Shown here one piece after another: positions 59,163-64,000 of a DNA stretch of 64,000 bases; position 1 is the first letter of the stretch, and each line of letters starts with the position of its first letter. Under the pieces are notes generated by a model. It was not told where the DNA came from. It saw only the letters and a program-made list of their open reading frames with translations, and searched no databases. The DNA comes from Candidatus Anstonellaceae archaeon (lineage in GTDB: Archaea > Micrarchaeota > Micrarchaeia > Anstonellales > Anstonellaceae): the NCBI GenBank assembly GCA_038891035.1, contig JAWAEW010000005.1, positions 1,425 to 65,424 of the forward strand, read 5' to 3'. The position numbers were made by a program, and so were the translations under genes.

Positions 59163-60083
59163 TCATAACCGAAGCACTGCCTTTGCCTTCTGCTTCACCC
59201 AATATGCTGCTGAGAGTGTTTCTGCTGCACCTATGCTAACCACTGCTCCAAACGCAAGCAAAAGAAATCCTGCCGCCTGAAGAGGGAGAAGGGCCTTGCC
59301 TGCAAAGGCAAAAGAGAACAGAGCGCTTATTGGGCCTCCTAATGTTAATGCTGCAGTAGCAAAGATGAGCGATGTGCTTGCAAGGGCAGAGTACCACAGA
59401 GTGACAAATAGAGTAAGAAAACCTACTGAAATTGCTATCCATCCCAAAGAGGATGGGCTAATATCAAGCAGTGAATCTGCTTTGCCCTGCGTCAAAACCA
59501 CTGCAAGCAAAAGCAAAGCCCCAATTCCCATTCTGGCTGCCGCAACCGAAAGAGGAGAGAGGGTGGCTGTGAGTTTCTTGGAAAGTGCATATTCAAAGGC
59601 CCAAATGATTGTTGCTGCAAGCACCAGAAGTGAACCTGTAGAATAGCTCAGGGGGGAGGAAGGGCCAAGCAAAAGAAAGTTCCCTAAAATTACGCTGAAC
59701 GCACCTAAGGCGATTTTCCAATTTATTTTCTCTTTGAAAAGAACTACAGCTGCAATTATAGAGAAAATGAAAAGCAAGCGAAAAATGAATGAGCCTTCTG
59801 CCCCGCTTATTGAAGAAAGGCCGCTGAAAAATAGAGCAAAAGCAACACCACCGCCAAACAAGCCTACAAACAAAAGCATAAGCAACTGCTTTATGTCCAG
59901 AAGCAGAAATTCCTTCCATCTTCCCCATAGGATGCAAAGCGAAGCAAGAATGGATGCTACAAGTAAGTTTCTAACAAACGCATAGGAGGTGGCATCCATG
60001 CTTACCACACCAAAACTATTTACAAAAACAGAAATGCCGCTTACTAAAGCAGCAAGATAAGCCAACGCTACGCCATTGCTCAT
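59163..60083 (-). CDS. DMT-superfamily (EamA-like) transporter
   Basis: About 10 TM helices in two repeated 5-TM halves. Confidence 0.7.
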   Translation of the reverse strand: MSNGVALAYLAALVSGISVFVNSFGVVSMDATSYAFVRNLLVASILASLCILWGRWKEFLLLDIKQLLMLLFVGLFGGGVAFALFFSGLSSISGAEGSFIFRLLFIFSIIAAVVLFKEKINWKIALGAFSVILGNFLLLGPSSPLSYSTGSLLVLAATIIWAFEYALSKKLTATLSPLSVAAARMGIGALLLLAVVLTQGKADSLLDISPSSLGWIAISVGFLTLFVTLWYSALASTSLIFATAALTLGGPISALFSFAFAGKALLPLQAAGFLLLAFGAVVSIGAAETLSAAYWVKQKAKAVLRL

Positions 60084-60101
60084 GTGCTGATTTAAAGGTT
60101 T

Positions 60102-60614
60102 TTGATTTATAAATTTAAGTGCAAACCAAAGTATGTGAAAAAGCTTGCCATCTCTTGGGTGACATTTGCCTGCTGTGAGGATTCCACTATCCTTTTTGTT
60201 GAGTTGCTAAACAAACATTTCTTTGAGTGGAAAGACAAAATAGAGTTTAGATATTGTCCTTTCCTAAAAGGGAAAGGGAATGATTTTGAGGGAAGCGACG
60301 TAACTTTTGTTGAAGGTGCAATTGCAACTAAGGAAGATGAACAGTTGCTTTTGAAAATTCGACAACAAAGCAAAAGAATAGTTGCAATAGGTTCCTGCGC
60401 ATGCACGGGTCTACCATCTGCCCAGCGAAATACGTTTGACGAATCCACCAAGCGAGAAATAATGATGATTGTAGAACGCTTTGGACATCTGGAAAAAGTG
60501 CATCCAATAAAGGATTTGATAAAAGTAGACTACCAAGTATCTGGCTGTCCGATGGATGAGAAGCTCTTTCTTTCCACTTTGCAAAAGTTGTTTGATGAAT
60601 TTGGAGTAAAATAA
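60102..60614 (+). CDS. [NiFe]-hydrogenase small subunit (NuoB-like, 170 aa)
   Basis: Proximal FeS ligands: FACCEDS (CCxxE), GSCACTGLP and SGCPMDE (GCPP-type). Confidence 0.75.
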   Translation: MIYKFKCKPKYVKKLAISWVTFACCEDSTILFVELLNKHFFEWKDKIEFRYCPFLKGKGNDFEGSDVTFVEGAIATKEDEQLLLKIRQQSKRIVAIGSCACTGLPSAQRNTFDESTKREIMMIVERFGHLEKVHPIKDLIKVDYQVSGCPMDEKLFLSTLQKLFDEFGVK

Positions 60615-60623
60615 GGTGATAGA

Positions 60624-61967
60624 TTGCACAAAGAAGGAGAATTTGATATAGACATAAAGCATCTTTCAAAAATAGAAGGCCACACTGACCTTGAAGTAAA
60701 GGTCAAGAATGGAGTAGTTCAGTATGCACATCTGAAAATAAGCGAATCCAAGCGGTTTTTCACTCAGGCGGTTAGAGGCAAATCATGTCTTAATGTAGCA
60801 CAGCTTGTTTCAAGAATATGCGGCACCTGTTCAATTGCGCACCTGATCACTTGCATTCAAGCAGTGGAAGATGCCTTAGGTATAGTTCCTACAGAGCAGA
60901 CAATGACACTGCGGCATCTTACGGAAGATGGGTTGATGATTCGTGACCATGCTATGCATCTTTACATATTTTGCTTGCCGGATATTATGAATGCTGATTC
61001 CATCCTTGAGCTTGCAGAAACCCACAAGGGATTGATTGAGAAAGCATTGGAAGTCAAATCTGCAGGAAATGAGCTTTCCAAGCTGATTGCAGGGAGGGCT
61101 GTCCATGCGCCCTATCCAGTAGTTGGTGGGTACACCAAAATTCCAGATAACCAAAGTTGCAGGGAGATGGCCCATGTTCTAAGCCATGCACGTGAGCATG
61201 CACTCGAATTCGTTGATCTTTTCAGGGAGACCCTTCCTTCGTATGAAAGGAAGACACATTTCGTTGCTCTCAAAAATCCAAAGTACGAATATATTGGAGG
61301 TGAGATTTGTTCTTCTGAAGGATATTGCGTTTCAAAAGAAAACTTTTGGAATCATCTATACAGAGTAGTAGTCCCATATTCTCAGTCCACGGGATTTGAA
61401 TTTGAAGGAAAAGAATATATGGTTGGTGCACTTGCAAGGATGAATCTGAACAAGGAGGCGCTTCATAAAGATACGAAAAAAGATGTGAGTGCCTGTTTGC
61501 CATTGTTCCCCTCGAACAACATCTTTGCAAATAATTTGGCTCAGGCAATAGAAATAGTAAACAGCATAGATCATGCAATTGAGATACTAGAAAGCTATGA
61601 TTTTAAGGCAGAACCATACAAGACTCCACAGGTGAAAGCAGGGACTGGCATAGGTGTAACTGAAGCTCCGCGGGGCACGCTTTATTATGCCCTTAAAATA
61701 AACGAACAAGGACTGGTAGAATATATCAACCTTGTAATACCGACTGCACAGAACATGGTAAATATAGAAAAGGATATGGCTCAAATAGTGCAGCGAGGAA
61801 TTGATGAAGGCAAAGAAAAAGAAGAGCTTTCTATGGAGGTAGAACGTCTTGTGCGAGCATATGATCCATGTATGAGCTGTGCCACTCACTTTTTGAGGCT
61901 AAGAATAAAAGAAACTAAAAGAAGTGGCAGACCAAAAGATTATATACGGCCATTTATCCTACGCTGA
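60624..61967 (+). CDS. [NiFe]-hydrogenase large subunit
   Basis: N-terminal RICGTCSIAH (L1 motif) and C-terminal DPCMSCATH (L2 motif) Ni-Fe ligands. TTG start after AAGGTGA SD. Confidence 0.85.
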   Translation: MHKEGEFDIDIKHLSKIEGHTDLEVKVKNGVVQYAHLKISESKRFFTQAVRGKSCLNVAQLVSRICGTCSIAHLITCIQAVEDALGIVPTEQTMTLRHLTEDGLMIRDHAMHLYIFCLPDIMNADSILELAETHKGLIEKALEVKSAGNELSKLIAGRAVHAPYPVVGGYTKIPDNQSCREMAHVLSHAREHALEFVDLFRETLPSYERKTHFVALKNPKYEYIGGEICSSEGYCVSKENFWNHLYRVVVPYSQSTGFEFEGKEYMVGALARMNLNKEALHKDTKKDVSACLPLFPSNNIFANNLAQAIEIVNSIDHAIEILESYDFKAEPYKTPQVKAGTGIGVTEAPRGTLYYALKINEQGLVEYINLVIPTAQNMVNIEKDMAQIVQRGIDEGKEKEELSMEVERLVRAYDPCMSCATHFLRLRIKETKRSGRPKDYIRPFILR

Positions 61968-62345
61968 GTCGACCATGCTTTTTATCAGCTTTTCTACTTT
62001 TTTGATGTGTGTAAGCGGCTTTTTAGGAGGAACCCCGATTATAATGGCCTCTTTCAATTTGCCAAGCTTTTTTAGCAAGAGCAGATTCCACAGCAAATCA
62101 AAGCCATGCAAAGACAATGGAGCATCTGCAAGCTCAAGCTCATCAATCTTAACAACGCGTGGCTCTTTTAGTCCAATCACCACATCAAGGAGTGTAATTC
62201 TTTCTCCTTCCTTTTCTAAATCTTCTGAGGTGTCAAAAGGCACAAACTCAACCTCTCTTAACCTACTGGAAAGTCTCTTCGCAATTTTTATTGCAGCAGA
62301 ATCTTGCAAAGCAAGTGGGTTTCCAAAGACAAGAACTCTCAGCAT
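61959..62345 (-). CDS. Hydrogenase maturation endopeptidase (HycI/HybD family)
   Basis: MLRVLVFGNPLALQDSAAIKIA N-terminus and SLHGFDL region. Size 128 aa. Confidence 0.65.
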   Translation of the reverse strand: MLRVLVFGNPLALQDSAAIKIAKRLSSRLREVEFVPFDTSEDLEKEGERITLLDVVIGLKEPRVVKIDELELADAPLSLHGFDLLWNLLLLKKLGKLKEAIIIGVPPKKPLTHIKKVEKLIKSMVDSA

Positions 62346-62353
62346 AATGACAC

Positions 62354-62935
62354 CTAAAGCCGCGAAGCCTCAAACCCTCTTGCAGAAAGTGAAAGTGAAA
62401 GGCGCCGAGCCTTCCTAAAGCAAGCATGAAGTACCGGAATTATAATTGCAATGATGGAAAATGAAGAGCAGCCTCTACATCTTTGAGCAAGGTATGTTTT
62501 GTGTATCTTTCTCATTATGAATGGCACAGAAATGAAAGAGAGTGAAAACAGGAATGAAAGCCTTTTTGAAAGCCCAAAAGACTGTAAGGTAGATGCAATT
62601 TGGGCAGGCGAGGTGGTGAGTGCAAAAATCAGTGGTAGAAACACGATTGAAAATGCGAAAAAGAAATTATGGAGGGCAAAATAAATATTTGCAGGAACAA
62701 GAACTCCAAGCAGTTCTACCTTACCTGTCTGTGTAAGCAGACGCACCAGCGCCGGAAAAAGAGGTAAGACCAAAAGATAGGAATGAAGTCGAATCAACTT
62801 CAGTATGCTTAATGATGAAAGCCTATAGATCAAAAGAGTAAAAAGAAAAAACAGTGCACCATATTCAAGAGGAAGAATGATTTGAAGCAGTATGAGCAAA
62901 ATTAATAAGCCGAGCTTATACCGCGCATCGATCAT
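62354..62935 (-). CDS. ECF/cobalt transporter transmembrane component (EcfT/CbiQ-like)
   Basis: Polytopic membrane protein downstream of the ABC ATPase. Start assumed at MIDARYKLG. Confidence 0.6.
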   Translation of the reverse strand: MIDARYKLGLLILLILLQIILPLEYGALFFLFTLLIYRLSSLSILKLIRLHSYLLVLPLFPALVRLLTQTGKVELLGVLVPANIYFALHNFFFAFSIVFLPLIFALTTSPAQIASTLQSFGLSKRLSFLFSLSFISVPFIMRKIHKTYLAQRCRGCSSFSIIAIIIPVLHACFRKARRLSLSLSARGFEASRL

Positions 62936-62976
62936 ATGAATGATTGAATTCTTCTTGGAATAAATATTCACTAAAC

Positions 62977-63723
62977 CTACCTCACTGGCATCCTCAAACC
63001 CAAATTTTGTAATTTCTTGCTGAAAAGCAAGGAAGGCTTTCCTTGTGCAACTAACTTGCCGTCTGCCAATACTACTATTCTGGTTGCGTACTTTGCCAAA
63101 AGGCAGGTATCCTGCTCTGTTATTATTACTGTCTTGCCCTCTTTTGCCATTTTTGAAAGTATGGAATAAATCTCGCATGCTGATTTCCAATCAAGGCTTG
63201 CAACAGGCTCATCAAGAAGTAAAATTGGGCTTTCCTGCGCAATTGCACAAGCAAGAGCAACTTTTTGCTTTTGACCGACAGAAAGTTCAGTTGGATCTGC
63301 ATCCGCAAGATTGTCTAGACCGATTTTTTTGAGTGCTTCGAACGCTTTTTGCTTTGCCTTTTCTTGACTTATTTCTTGAGTGCAAAAAAGGCCAAAAGCT
63401 ACTTCGTCAATTACAGTCATGTTGAATATCTGATCGTCTGCATCTTGGAATACCATGGAAGAAAGCTTTGCAATTTCCCTGAACGGTAGGGAAGAGACCT
63501 CTTTGCCAAAAATTTTTACACTTCCGGAAAACTTGCCTTTAATTTCTTTTGGTATCAGTCCGTTGCAACAATAAAGGAGAGAGGTTTTCCCAGAGCCGAC
63601 AGGCCCAATAATGCCTACAAACTCCCCTTGAAAGAATGAGAGCGATATGTTGGATAAAGCTTGTTTTTCTTTGCCTTCGTATGAAAATGACACCTCTTTT
63701 ATTTCAAGCACTTTTTGTGGCAT
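62977..63723 (-). CDS. ABC transporter ATP-binding protein (EcfA/CbiO-like)
   Basis: Walker A GPVGSGKTS. Signature LSVGQKQKVALACAIA. Walker B LLLDEP. Confidence 0.85.
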   Translation of the reverse strand: MPQKVLEIKEVSFSYEGKEKQALSNISLSFFQGEFVGIIGPVGSGKTSLLYCCNGLIPKEIKGKFSGSVKIFGKEVSSLPFREIAKLSSMVFQDADDQIFNMTVIDEVAFGLFCTQEISQEKAKQKAFEALKKIGLDNLADADPTELSVGQKQKVALACAIAQESPILLLDEPVASLDWKSACEIYSILSKMAKEGKTVIITEQDTCLLAKYATRIVVLADGKLVAQGKPSLLFSKKLQNLGLRMPVR

Positions 63724-63727
63724 AAAA

Positions 63728-64000
63728 TCAACAACTGGAATACTTCCTTGCAAACCCAAGCTTGAAAGCAATCAGCCACGCCAATCCAAGCTCGACTGCT
63801 GCCTGAATTGCGTTGAAGAAAAAGATTGCGATATACCATATTGCACCTGAGCCAAAAAAAAGCAAGTCAGATGAGCTTACCAATTCAACAAATTGCTCCG
63901 TGGTCATCTTGAAGTAAAGTGGGCCTGCAAAATAAAAATTGGCAACCACCATGGAAATCCCGCGGATAACGATCGCAATTGGCGCAAGTAGAAGAATCGT
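63728..64000 (-). CDS. Membrane component of the same transporter operon (partial, continues beyond window end)
   Basis: Hydrophobic reading frame open to position 64000 on the minus strand. Confidence 0.4.
   Translation of the reverse strand, partial: TILLLAPIAIVIRGISMVVANFYFAGPLYFKMTTEQFVELVSSSDLLFFGSGAIWYIAIFFFNAIQAAVELGLAWLIAFKLGFARKYSSC

Noticed and set aside
59296-59937. Plus- and minus-strand ORFs inside the DMT transporter gene
   Set aside because: Overlap a coherent 10-TM transporter reading frame and are compositionally biased. Judged spurious.
1-64000. Searched for CRISPR arrays, rRNA genes, integrases/transposases and terminal inverted repeats
   Set aside because: None recognised. 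No evidence of a mobile element or defence island boundary in this window.

Overview
This 64-kb window is a compact, low-GC archaeal chromosomal segment with about 75 predicted genes, mostly housekeeping, on both strands. The evidence for an archaeon is as follows:
- a complete A1Ao ATP synthase operon (atpHIKECFABD);
- Pth2, TrpB2, type-2 IPP isomerase, geranylgeranyl reductase, split transketolase, a class-I CCA-adding enzyme and GGAGGTGA-type Shine-Dalgarno sequences;
- intron-containing tRNAs.

Identified functions:
- malic enzyme, glycogen debranching enzyme and GlmS;
- a non-oxidative pentose-phosphate operon (rpe, tktN, tktC, tal);
- GluRS, AspRS and ProRS, and three tRNAs (Asp, Tyr, Gln);
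- Hsp20, a peroxiredoxin, TatD, LigT and an NYN-domain protein;
- a minimal [NiFe] hydrogenase with its maturation protease;
- an ECF/Cbi-type ABC transporter, truncated at the window end;
- several secreted or membrane-anchored proteins: an NHL beta-propeller, a COG4880-like beta-propeller, thioredoxin-like oxidoreductases, a cytochrome b5-like lipoprotein and a Cys-rich repeat protein.

Most notable findings:
- Three dispersed paralogues of a cytoplasmic ~520-550-aa cysteine-rich protein family that I cannot assign to any known family. Each is an internal tandem duplication of a ~250-aa module. Two of the three sit beside transcription regulators (TrmB-like and HTH_10/Bat-like), and two loci share an upstream DNA motif.
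- A tRNA-Asp carrying an apparent non-canonical intron in the T-loop, next to an intron-containing tRNA-Tyr.
- A twin-palindrome operator bracketing the TATA box of hsp20.

No CRISPR array, rRNA or obvious mobile element was seen.
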